DNA from: an uncultured Clostridia bacterium
Lineage (GTDB): Bacteria; Bacillota; Clostridia; Christensenellales; Borkfalkiaceae
Assembly (NCBI GenBank): GCA_934247855.1
Contig: CAKQKA010000001.1
Coordinates: 1 to 54,327 of the forward strand
Reading direction: 5' to 3'
Length of the DNA: 54,327 nt
The position numbers and the translations under genes were made by a program. A model generated the notes under the pieces. It ran no database searches and was not told the origin of the DNA. It was given only the letters and a program-made list of their open reading frames with translations. Each line of letters begins with the position of its first letter. Positions within the stretch are counted from its first letter, which is position 1. Shown one piece after another: positions 36,820 through 45,440 of this stretch.

Positions 36820-38680
36820 AGAACAGCTTAATCAAAGGCTGGCTAAAGAGATTACCGAAGATTTTGAAAGGCGGCGCGAGGAGCGCAGAACGCTCGAGCA
36901 GCAATGGAAGCTGAACATCAATTATCTTATGGGCAATCAATACGCCGAAATTGCGCCGAGCGGCGAGATTGACGAAGAAGTTAAGGATTATTTCTGGCAA
37001 GGCAGGAACGTCTATAACCATATCGCGCCGATCGTTGAAACGAGGATTGCTAAACTTGCAAGGGTTCGCCCTGTTATGTCCGTACGGGCGTCGGGCGAAG
37101 AAGAACGCGATCTGAAAGCTGCAAAAATGGCAAGCGCGCTGCTTTCTACCACTTTTTCGCGGTTGGAGATGAGCGACGTGATTTACAAGGCGACTTTATG
37201 GAGCGAAACGCTGGGCACTTCTTTTTACAAGGTGACCTGGGACTACAACGGCGGTAAGAAGGTGGGCGAAAACGATAAAGGCGCGGTGTACGAGGGCGAC
37301 GTAAGAGTTGAGGCTCTTTCGCCGTTCGATATCTACCCCGACAGCCTTTTCCGAGAGGATATCGACGATCAGAAGAGTATAATTCACGCCCGTGCCATGA
37401 ACGTTGACGACGTTGCGGCGATTTACGGCAAAAGGCTTATCGGCAGCGACGTGGACGTATTTTCGCTTGAAAAAAACACTTGCGGAGGGCAGACGTTCTT
37501 TTCCAAACGCATAACGGGCGGCACTCTGCGCGACAGCGTTGTGGTAATCGAACGGTACGAAAAGCCGAGCGAAGAGCACCCCAACGGCAGAGTTGTAACA
37601 GTTGCTTCGGGCGAGGTGCTTGCGGTTGGCGAACTGCCGTATATCAACGGCGAAGAGGGCAGGCGCGTTTATCCGTTCGTGCGGCAAATTTCAATCAATC
37701 AGGCGGGTTGCTTTTTCGGCGTAAGCGTAATAGACAGGCTTATTCCGTTGCAGCGAGCATATAATGCGGTAAAAAACAGAAAACACGAGTACTTAAACCG
37801 CGTAAGTATGGGCGTTGTTACCGTAGAGGACGGATCTATCGATACCGATGCGCTCGTGGAGGACGGCTTGTCGCCGGGTAAAGTGCTTGTTTACAGGCAG
37901 GGTTCAACGCCGCCGCGGTTTATGGCTTCGGCAACCGTGCCGCCGGACTTTACCTATGAAGAAACAAGGCTTGAGCAAGAGTTCATCAACGTCAGCGGAG
38001 TAAGCGAGTTTTCAAGAAATTCCGACGTGATGTCGCAGAATATAAGCGGCGTTGCGCTGGAGCTTATGGTCGAGCAGGACGAAACAAGGCTTACCACGTC
38101 CGCCGAAAACGTGCGCCGCGCCGTGCGGATAATCGGCAAACAAATAATAAGATTGTTCCGCCAGTACGCCAAACCGTCAAGAATGATGCGGGTGGCCGGG
38201 CGCGGCAATTCGGTCGAACTGTATTATTTTAATTCGGACGACTTAACCAGCGACGACGTTGTGTTCGATACCGAAAACGAACTGTCGTCAAGCCCCGCGC
38301 AAAAGAAAAGCGCGGTGTACGATATGTTAAAGGCGGGACTTTTGTCCGACGACGACGGCAAGATGAACCAGCGCACTAAGGCGAAAATACTTGAACTATT
38401 GGGGTTCGGCACGTTGTCGGGCGCGCAGGATATAACCAATCTGCACATAGACAAGGCTCAGCGCGAAAACATAGGCTTTTCAAACATGGATTTCGAGCCG
38501 GAGGAATTCGACGACCACGCGATTCACGTTACGGAACACACGCGGTTTTTGCTGTCCGAGGATTTTGACGGCAAGGAAGAGATAAAAAACAAAATAATAT
38601 TGCATCTTCGCAAGCACAAACAGCTGATCGGCGTCGAGCTTGCGGAGAATATTTTGGAGGATAACAATGAAGAAAAATAA
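36800..38680 (+). CDS. phage portal protein
   Basis: 626 aa, positioned between terminase-like and scaffold/coat genes. N-terminus EQQWKLNINYLMGNQY is portal-like. Confidence 0.75.
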   Translation: MQKKTAEEQLNQRLAKEITEDFERRREERRTLEQQWKLNINYLMGNQYAEIAPSGEIDEEVKDYFWQGRNVYNHIAPIVETRIAKLARVRPVMSVRASGEEERDLKAAKMASALLSTTFSRLEMSDVIYKATLWSETLGTSFYKVTWDYNGGKKVGENDKGAVYEGDVRVEALSPFDIYPDSLFREDIDDQKSIIHARAMNVDDVAAIYGKRLIGSDVDVFSLEKNTCGGQTFFSKRITGGTLRDSVVVIERYEKPSEEHPNGRVVTVASGEVLAVGELPYINGEEGRRVYPFVRQISINQAGCFFGVSVIDRLIPLQRAYNAVKNRKHEYLNRVSMGVVTVEDGSIDTDALVEDGLSPGKVLVYRQGSTPPRFMASATVPPDFTYEETRLEQEFINVSGVSEFSRNSDVMSQNISGVALELMVEQDETRLTTSAENVRRAVRIIGKQIIRLFRQYAKPSRMMRVAGRGNSVELYYFNSDDLTSDDVVFDTENELSSSPAQKKSAVYDMLKAGLLSDDDGKMNQRTKAKILELLGFGTLSGAQDITNLHIDKAQRENIGFSNMDFEPEEFDDHAIHVTEHTRFLLSEDFDGKEEIKNKIILHLRKHKQLIGVELAENILEDNNEEK

Positions 38681-39365
38681 CGACGCTCTCGAAAACGCGG
38701 GCGGAAAAGAGATATTATGCGAAACGGAACAAGGTGCGGACAAGCCGGCAAGCGACGCGCCCTCCGTCGGCAAGTTCGCCGACGCGGAATCTCTTTTGAA
38801 AGCGTATAATCAACTGGAGTCGGAATTTACCAAACGCAGTCAAAGACTTCGGGAGTTAGAAAGGGAATATGCCGATTTAAAACAGGAACAATCCGATAAT
38901 CGCGCCGAATCGGAAGCCGTACAGGATGAAACGGGGAGTGCGGCGGAGGAAAGGGCGAGTAAGGACTCCGTTATCGGCGAGGACGGCGGTATCGCAATCG
39001 AGGTGGAACGCTTTTTGAAAGACAATCCGGAGGCAGGATTATATGCCGACGAAATTGTTAAAAGAGCCGACCTCGAGGGCGAGCCTGAGAGCGGTTTTCT
39101 TGATCGCGCATACGTCGGCGTGCTTAAAGACATGCTGCGCCGCGAGAAAGAAAAAATAACCGACGAATTCATTCTGGAGCGCGCGCTGAACACCAAGTCC
39201 GTGCGCGACGAGATTATTCGCGGTTATCTTGCGGAGATTTATTCCGCAAAAAAAGAGTGTCTTTTGACGGGGAGCAGCGGCGAATCCGCGATAGCCCCGC
39301 CGATAAAGCCCTCTACTATATCCGAAGCGGGCAAAATGGCAGTTTCGGTTTTAAGAAAAAAATGA
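38667..39365 (+). CDS. phage scaffolding protein
   Basis: 232 aa, acidic coiled coil (LESEFTKRSQRLRELEREYADLKQEQ) with a basic C-terminus. GGAGG RBS. Sits directly upstream of the coat gene. Confidence 0.65.
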   Translation: MKKNNDALENAGGKEILCETEQGADKPASDAPSVGKFADAESLLKAYNQLESEFTKRSQRLRELEREYADLKQEQSDNRAESEAVQDETGSAAEERASKDSVIGEDGGIAIEVERFLKDNPEAGLYADEIVKRADLEGEPESGFLDRAYVGVLKDMLRREKEKITDEFILERALNTKSVRDEIIRGYLAEIYSAKKECLLTGSSGESAIAPPIKPSTISEAGKMAVSVLRKK

Positions 39366-39383
39366 TAAGGAGAAAACAAAACT

Positions 39384-40559
39384 ATGGTAACAATGAACAG
39401 TGCGGACAATGCGCTTAAGTCACTCTATCTCGGCGTTGTATCCGAGCAACTCAATACGAGCGTAAACCCCTTGCTTGCAAAAATCAAGCAGACCACGCAG
39501 GACGTGTGGGGTAAGGAAATTCGTCGCCTTGCGCAGTACGGTATCAACGGCGGTATCGGCGCGGGTACGGAGGACGGAACTCTTCCTGCCGCGGCGGGTA
39601 ATAATTACGACCAGTTCGTGCTTACGCTTAAAAACCTTTACGGCACTATCGAAATTTCCGATAAAGCGGTGCGTGCGTCCGAAAACAACGTCGGCGCGTT
39701 CGTGAACCTGCTCAACGCCGAAATGGAAGGTTTGCTTAAAGCCTCTTCCTTCAACTTCGGCAGAATGCTTTTCGGCGACGGAAACGGTACGCTCGGCAAA
39801 GTATCCGAGGTTAAAGACGACGGTTCGGTCGTGCTCGACGGCGTTAAAAACGTAGTCGAAGGTATGGTAATAGATTTCCTTTCGTCCGCGGGCGCTGCAA
39901 TCGACGGAGCAAGCGGCAGAAGAATTACTTCGGTAGACAGGGCGAGTAAGACTATAACCGTCAGCGGAACCAAACTTACTTCCACTACCGTTCCCGCAAA
40001 CAGCATTATCACCGTTCAGAATTCTTACGGCAAGGAAATCACAGGTCTTAAAGCGATTTTCTCGTCCACGGGCAAGCTTTACGGACTTGACCGAGCCACA
40101 CATAAATGGCTTATTCCGCACATGAAAACCAACGTGGGTACTATTTCCGAAACGGTTATTCAGGAGGCTATCGACACGCTCGAAGAAAACACGGGCAGTC
40201 AGGTAAACTTCATCGTCTGTTCGTCGGGCGTTAAGCGTGCGTATCAGAAAGCGCTTGCGGCTTACAAACGCAATATAGACGTTATGGAACTGCAGGGCGG
40301 TTACAAGGCTTTATCATACAACGGTATTCCCGTCGTGTCCGACAGATTCTGCCCGGACGGCACTATGTACCTGCTCAATACCGACGACTTCGCGCTGCAT
40401 CAGCTTTGCGACTGGAAATGGCTCGAAGGCGAGGACGGCAGGGTAATCAAGCAGGTTGCCAACAAGCCCGTATATTCCGCTACGCTCGTTAAATACGCCG
40501 ATCTGGTATGTACAAGACCGTGCGGTCAGGCTATGCTCAGCGGTATAACCGAAGCATAA
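39384..40559 (+). CDS. phage major capsid (coat) protein
   Basis: 391 aa, position after scaffold, with long conserved-looking beta-rich sequence. Family (HK97-fold, possibly P22-coat-like) not verified. Confidence 0.7.
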   Translation: MVTMNSADNALKSLYLGVVSEQLNTSVNPLLAKIKQTTQDVWGKEIRRLAQYGINGGIGAGTEDGTLPAAAGNNYDQFVLTLKNLYGTIEISDKAVRASENNVGAFVNLLNAEMEGLLKASSFNFGRMLFGDGNGTLGKVSEVKDDGSVVLDGVKNVVEGMVIDFLSSAGAAIDGASGRRITSVDRASKTITVSGTKLTSTTVPANSIITVQNSYGKEITGLKAIFSSTGKLYGLDRATHKWLIPHMKTNVGTISETVIQEAIDTLEENTGSQVNFIVCSSGVKRAYQKALAAYKRNIDVMELQGGYKALSYNGIPVVSDRFCPDGTMYLLNTDDFALHQLCDWKWLEGEDGRVIKQVANKPVYSATLVKYADLVCTRPCGQAMLSGITEA

Positions 40560-40585
40560 TTCATTCTATTATTGTCCGGCATGCA

Positions 40586-40864
40586 ATGCCAGCCAAGAGT
40601 AATACGAACCCCGCCAAAACGCTGATATTTACACCCTTTTTGTCAAACTCTCGCTTGAAGTACGTCTAGTACGTCGGCGTTCGACTTTGCCAAAAATCAT
40701 CGAAAATAGCAGCGTTTTGGTTGCAGACAAGTCTTGCGCCCATGTTTTTAGGTAAGACAAGGCGCGTGAGCGCGTTAATACTACACGTATAACACGCGAA
40801 TGCAACGCTGTATTAGCAAAAACACGGTCGCAAGACCGAGGTTCGCTTTATTCTTGTCTGGCAT
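40586..40864 (+). ncRNA. ~280-nt helix-bounded intercistronic element after the coat gene
   Basis: ATGCCAGCCAAGAGTAA (40586-40602) pairs with TTATTCTTGTCTGGCAT (40848-40864): 15 WC, 1 GU, 1 mismatch. Inner 12-bp helix 40613-24/40710-21. GNRA hairpin CGGTCGCAAGACCG (40826-40839). No promoter seen. Confidence 0.5.
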
Positions 40865-40908
40865 CTGGGCGGGTAATCCGCCCCGAAATAATTATTCGGA
40901 GGAAAATC

Positions 40909-41472
40909 ATGACAGTAAAAAATGTGCTTTGCGAGGCGGCGAAATTGCTCGGTGAAAGCGACGTCGTAAATTATCTGTCCGATAAAATACCCGACGATGT
41001 CGCCTATTGCGAAGAAACCGAAACGGCGTTGAAACATTGTTACGACGTGGTTATCGACGAAATCGCTTGCGAATATATGCCGCTTATTTATAGCGAAAAG
41101 TTGAGCGCAAAAAGCGGAACAATCGATTATTCCGACTTTTCAAAAACGCCCGTGCGCATTAAAAAAGTGTGTGACGAAAATGATAATAAGTTGCCCTATA
41201 GGTCGTTTATCGACCATTTGGAAGTAAATAGCGACTATGCGTCGGTGACCTATGAATACAAACCCGAAACGCAAAACGGCAACGACGAGGCGTATTATTC
41301 AAACGGCATAATCGGCGTGTACGTTTTGTCTTACGGTATTGCCGCGGAGTTTTGCACCGAGCGCGGAAGAATTGCCGACGCCGAGGTGTGGATCGGTAAG
41401 TTTGCAAGTGCGATGCGTGCGCGCGTCGCCGAAAAAGGTCGGCTGAAAATAAAAAACAGGAATTGGTGCTGA
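40909..41472 (+). CDS. hypothetical phage protein (possible head-completion/adaptor by position)
   Basis: 187 aa, GGAGG RBS, first gene after the coat gene. Confidence 0.6.
   Translation: MTVKNVLCEAAKLLGESDVVNYLSDKIPDDVAYCEETETALKHCYDVVIDEIACEYMPLIYSEKLSAKSGTIDYSDFSKTPVRIKKVCDENDNKLPYRSFIDHLEVNSDYASVTYEYKPETQNGNDEAYYSNGIIGVYVLSYGIAAEFCTERGRIADAEVWIGKFASAMRARVAEKGRLKIKNRNWC
41195..41212 (+). repeat. dispersed motif, copy 14, inside a CDS
   Basis: CCTATAGGTCGTTTATCG read in frame as PYRSFID within ORF 40909-41472. Confidence 0.8.
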
Positions 41473-41473
41473 A

Positions 41474-42892
41474 ATGTATTACAATAAACAGGCGATAAAA
41501 GCTACCGTCGGGCGAGGTTCGGTTACCGTCAAAGATTTTTCCGCGGGTATAAACGGGAATAAAGACGAAGAAAATTTATCGCTCGGCGAGTGCGCTTTTT
41601 CGTATAATTTCAATATGCAGGGCGGCACGCTTAAGGACGGAAACGGCGTTAAAAAATCCGATTTCGGCAACAGTCCCGTATTTTCTGAAGCGGGCGTTAA
41701 GCCTGAACGGCTGTATTTTTATAAGCGATACAACAAGGATGCAAAGGCGTACGACGAGTATTTACTGATTTATGCGAGCGATAAAGAGATTTATGCGGCA
41801 AAAAGCACGGAGGAAAAGTTTAAAAAAGTGGACGGGCTGTATTTTTACACGCCGCCATACGCTTGTTCGTATAACTACATGGGCGATGACGTAATGATTT
41901 TTTCCTCCGACGAAAAGATGAAAGTTTACGACGGAACGACCGTCACCACGGTGGAAAACGTGCCGTCGGTAACGTCTATGTGCATTCATTCCGAGCGGCT
42001 TTTTGCAACCGAAGGCGGTACTAAAACTTCGCTGTGGTTTTCCGACGATTTCAATCCGCTTAACTGGAAAGTTTCGCTTGACGAGGCGGGTTTTATCGAT
42101 ATACGCGAGGGTGTGGGCAGTCTTTTAAAGGTTGTGTCTTTCAAAGATTACGTCTATGTTTTTGCCAATTACGGTATAGTGCGCGTTTCGGCATACGGCG
42201 ATCAGACGGAGTTTTCTGTTGACGGAATTGCCGCGTCTTCGGGAAAAATCCGCGGCGATAGCATTGCCGTGTGCGGCGACAGGGTGATTTATCTTGCGGA
42301 GGACGGGTTTTATTTGTTTTCGGGCAGTTCTCCGCAGCGAATAATGCGCAAAATCGACGGTAAAATCGCGGGCGCGGATAACTCCGACGCCAAAGGTTGC
42401 TATTTTAACGGAAATTATTATTGCAAGCTGAAAATGCAGTCCGATTGCGGCGTGCGCGACGTGCTTATAAAATACGATATTCACCGCGGTACTTTTGCGG
42501 TATCGAGCGAACTCGATATTAACGATTTTGTCGTTGCGGACGGCGAAAAGGCGTGCGAATTGCTGTTTTTGATAAACGGTAAAGCGCAACCGGCAATGCT
42601 GTCGGACAGGGCGGAAAACTTTTCCGTTCCGCTCGATAAGCATTGGCTGAGCGGTAAAACCGACCTCGGTACCACCGAAACAAAAAGGGTAACGAGGCTG
42701 TCGCTGAGAACGCTTACGGAGATTTACGTTACCGTAAAAAGCGAGCGCGGAAGTCGAATATTGCACTTTTTCGGAAGTAGCGAGCGGCAGTCGCGCGCGG
42801 TCGGGTTAAAGGGCGATTTGTTTACCGTAAGCATAGATTGCCGAACGCCGGGCGCAACGATATCTGCGCTCAGAATAGAATACGAATACTGA
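41474..42892 (+). CDS. hypothetical phage protein, possibly P22 gp10-like tail-hub/neck protein
   Basis: 472 aa, coupled to the upstream stop, beta-rich and repeat-like. The size, position and C-terminal ...ISALRIEYEY ending recall P22 gp10. Weak, from recall only. Confidence 0.55.
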   Translation: MYYNKQAIKATVGRGSVTVKDFSAGINGNKDEENLSLGECAFSYNFNMQGGTLKDGNGVKKSDFGNSPVFSEAGVKPERLYFYKRYNKDAKAYDEYLLIYASDKEIYAAKSTEEKFKKVDGLYFYTPPYACSYNYMGDDVMIFSSDEKMKVYDGTTVTTVENVPSVTSMCIHSERLFATEGGTKTSLWFSDDFNPLNWKVSLDEAGFIDIREGVGSLLKVVSFKDYVYVFANYGIVRVSAYGDQTEFSVDGIAASSGKIRGDSIAVCGDRVIYLAEDGFYLFSGSSPQRIMRKIDGKIAGADNSDAKGCYFNGNYYCKLKMQSDCGVRDVLIKYDIHRGTFAVSSELDINDFVVADGEKACELLFLINGKAQPAMLSDRAENFSVPLDKHWLSGKTDLGTTETKRVTRLSLRTLTEIYVTVKSERGSRILHFFGSSERQSRAVGLKGDLFTVSIDCRTPGATISALRIEYEY

Positions 42893-42914
42893 AAAATACC
42901 GAAAGAGGTTAGTT

Positions 42915-43781
42915 ATGCAAGATACTGTAAGACGAATCGAAAATCTTGAAAAACGATTATCGCGGCTTGAAAAAAGCGAAAAAACCGCCTGTTATAACTT
43001 TTATCTGGCGACGAAAGAACGAACGGTTGCTTCCCGCAAGCACGAGATGAGTTTTACGTTTGTTTCAAAATGCGAGCAATGTTTGTTTTTTACGCTTGAA
43101 ATCGAAACTCAAAGTCCGAAATACAATGCCGTAATAGAGGTTGACGGTGCGAAAGCCGTTGCCGCGCAGTGCGAAAAAAACGGTAAAATCGAATTTATCG
43201 CGCCGCTTAATGCGGGTGAAAAAACGATTTCCGTAAAACTAAGTTCGACCTCGTCGTTCTTTGTAAGGCGGGCAACGCTTAAAACGTACGGCGCGATCGG
43301 ATATCCCGATGGCGAATGTTTTGTAACCGTTATAAACGAGGGACTTAAAAGTCATGTTTGCTATTGTTACGATAACGAACTGCTTGTAAAAGAGTACGTC
43401 GAAACGTTGCTTACGATGATACAGATTCAGGGCGCAAAGTGCGGTACGATCTGCAAGGTCGGCGATTTGCTTGCCGTTTTTTACATCGACCTTTCGGGTA
43501 TGCTTTGGGGCAGGTATTACACGAGCGACGAGTATGATTTAGTGCGTTCATGCCTTATTGATCAGGGCGTATCGGCGGTTTGCGCGCTTTCCGGCGGAAA
43601 CGAGGCGACATTGTTTTCGGTAAAGGGCGGCAGGGTGTATCGTTACACGGTGGATAAAAATTTCAATCTTACAACGCAGATTACCGAGTACGGCGCACGG
43701 CGCGTTTCCTGTGATCCGTCGCTTCCGGGCTACATCATAATAACCGACTTTTCCGGTAACGGAAAAATTATAAAAATATAA
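42915..43781 (+). CDS. hypothetical phage protein with an N-terminal coiled coil
   Basis: 288 aa, AGAGG RBS. RRIENLEKRLSRLEKSEK, then a beta-rich domain. Could be a needle/plug by position. Confidence 0.55.
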   Translation: MQDTVRRIENLEKRLSRLEKSEKTACYNFYLATKERTVASRKHEMSFTFVSKCEQCLFFTLEIETQSPKYNAVIEVDGAKAVAAQCEKNGKIEFIAPLNAGEKTISVKLSSTSSFFVRRATLKTYGAIGYPDGECFVTVINEGLKSHVCYCYDNELLVKEYVETLLTMIQIQGAKCGTICKVGDLLAVFYIDLSGMLWGRYYTSDEYDLVRSCLIDQGVSAVCALSGGNEATLFSVKGGRVYRYTVDKNFNLTTQITEYGARRVSCDPSLPGYIIITDFSGNGKIIKI

Positions 43782-43808
43782 AATAAGCCATTCTCAAGGG
43801 GGGTAATT

Positions 43809-44018
43809 ATGATTAAACGAAGAGGCGCGGTAAGGCTGGTTAATGCGGGTAATAAATTGGCGTTGGTTTCAAAGCGTAAGGACGGTAATCTCGTCAAAAG
43901 CGACGTGGGTGAACAACTTTCGGCTGCTATGCCGCTTTGCGCTGCCGACGACGCGATTACTTTATACGACGGTAAAATTTTGCTTGTTACAAAGGGCAAT
44001 CTGTCTGTTTGCGAATAA
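43809..44018 (+). CDS. hypothetical small protein
   Basis: 69 aa, GGGGGG RBS. Confidence 0.5.
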   Translation: MIKRRGAVRLVNAGNKLALVSKRKDGNLVKSDVGEQLSAAMPLCAADDAITLYDGKILLVTKGNLSVCE

Positions 44019-44061
44019 CGATAAAAGGTTTTGTGTGGCGATAATAAAGATAAGAAGTAAG

Positions 44062-44079
44062 TCTATAGGTCGATTATCG
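44062..44079 (+). repeat. dispersed intergenic motif, copy 15
   Basis: TCTATAGGTCGATTATCG, 44 nt after the stop at 44018. Confidence 0.9.
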
Positions 44080-44120
44080 TATATTTTGCAGGTTTAATAT
44101 CATTATTATACGGAGGTAAT

Positions 44121-45023
44121 ATGAGATATAAAATGCCGGTTACTGCCGAGCAGTATACCGAAATAAACAAAAAGAATACAAAAAGTCAGGATAAGGAAAA
44201 ACTTGAAAAAGAGTTGGGCGAGTTAAGCAAACTTGCTTCGTCGGCGGTATCTGAAGCCGTCCGCAAAGAGTACGGCGCGGAATATTTAAAACCCGACGAA
44301 ACAACCGACGAGGAACTTTTGAAAAGAGCCGAAGAGAGCACCAAACAAAAAATCGCGTCGGAAAAAGACGAACTCGTGCGCGATAACGAAAAGGCTGTCG
44401 GCGCGCTGAACGAAAAAGCCGAAAACGAGAACAAAAATCTTGCCGAAGCAAAAAAGAATATCGAAGAGCGTTACGACAGCGCGAAAAAAACTGCTTCCGA
44501 CGACGCTTTAAAGCGCGGTTTGGGCAGGAGTTCGATTATAGTCAATCTTCTTAAAGAATATGACGCCGACAAACTGAAAACTATAGATGAAAAAGACAAA
44601 AAATACGGTGACGAACTGAAGAAGATAAACGATGAAATTACCGAGCTTAACGCCGAACTTAAATCCTCGCTCGATAAAGCCGACATGCGCGAAGCGTTCG
44701 AGATAAACGAGAGGTTGACCGAACTCAAATCCGAACGCGACAATGCAAACGAAAAGGTTATCAAGTATAACAACTCGCTTGCCGAAAAACTCGGCGAGCT
44801 TAAAAAGCAGCTTGAAAATAGTTCGACGCGCGGGCACGTCATCGTAGAAGCCGAAAGACTTGCCGACGAGTATAACAATCAGATGCTTAAAAAAATTATC
44901 GGTTATTATTCAAATCTTTCCGACGACGAAATCAAAAAGGATTTTGAAGACGGCAAGTACGATGGTATTCTCTCGCCCGATGCATATAGAAAATTGCAGA
45001 CGTACGTCAATAATAAGCGTTAA
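44121..45023 (+). CDS. hypothetical K/E-rich coiled-coil protein
   Basis: 300 aa, GGAGG RBS, almost entirely predicted helical and charged. Host or phage origin unclear. Confidence 0.6.
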   Translation: MRYKMPVTAEQYTEINKKNTKSQDKEKLEKELGELSKLASSAVSEAVRKEYGAEYLKPDETTDEELLKRAEESTKQKIASEKDELVRDNEKAVGALNEKAENENKNLAEAKKNIEERYDSAKKTASDDALKRGLGRSSIIVNLLKEYDADKLKTIDEKDKKYGDELKKINDEITELNAELKSSLDKADMREAFEINERLTELKSERDNANEKVIKYNNSLAEKLGELKKQLENSSTRGHVIVEAERLADEYNNQMLKKIIGYYSNLSDDEIKKDFEDGKYDGILSPDAYRKLQTYVNNKR

Positions 45024-45035
45024 AAAAAGATTTAA

Positions 45036-45061
45036 AAGCCTTCCTTAACGGGGAGGCTTTT
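45036..45061 (+). terminator. intrinsic terminator
   Basis: GCCTTCC pairs with GGGGAGGC, then TTTT. Confidence 0.7.
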
Positions 45062-45075
45062 ACTATTTAAACCTG

Positions 45076-45093
45076 CCTATAGGTCGATTATCG
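45076..45093 (+). repeat. dispersed intergenic motif, copy 16
   Basis: CCTATAGGTCGATTATCG (exact consensus), followed by CGCTGTTTTG. Confidence 0.9.
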
Positions 45094-45188
45094 CGCTGTT
45101 TTGTTGTTTATATTTTTACCGTTTAATAACTTTTATGAGTTTTGTTTTTAAAGCTATTTGCATATAATTATTATCGGAACTATAATTA

Positions 45189-45440
45189 ATGGATTTTAAA
45201 AGAGAAATACAAAATATTGCGGCGGCGCTCGATCCGTATTCGGTGGAAATATGCAGCGGTTCGGGTTATGCGAGCGGCGTAAAAAAGATATTGTCGTTCG
45301 ATAAATCCCGATTGGTTTTTCTTGTGGGAAAGAACAAGACAATAGAGGTTAAAGGCGAAAATTTGTGCATTACGGCGTACGTCTTCGGCGACGTGGCATT
45401 TTGCGGTAAAATTTCGGGCGCGGAGATTGTGGAAATATGA
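45189..45440 (+). CDS. yqfC: YabP/YqfC family sporulation protein
   Basis: 83 aa with the LVFLVGKNKTIEVKGENLCI...GKISGAEI pattern. Precedes yqfD-phoH as in B. subtilis. Confidence 0.7.
   Translation: MDFKREIQNIAAALDPYSVEICSGSGYASGVKKILSFDKSRLVFLVGKNKTIEVKGENLCITAYVFGDVAFCGKISGAEIVEI

Larger units (their letters stand above)
29433..45070. mobile_element. phage-derived island (head/neck morphogenesis genes plus cargo), apparently defective or domesticated
   Basis: Flanked by host comEC and yqfC. Contains TerL, TerS-like, portal, scaffold, coat and neck-like ORFs. No integrase, replication, lysis, tape-measure or fibre/spike genes seen. Boundaries are approximate. Confidence 0.7.

Noticed and set aside
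29561-40877. The ~85-nt direct repeats (29561 and 40792) as attL/attR of an integrated element.
   Set aside because: The right copy lies inside the structural operon, between coat and neck genes. No integrase is present. The repeat looks like part of a larger structured element, not a core att site.
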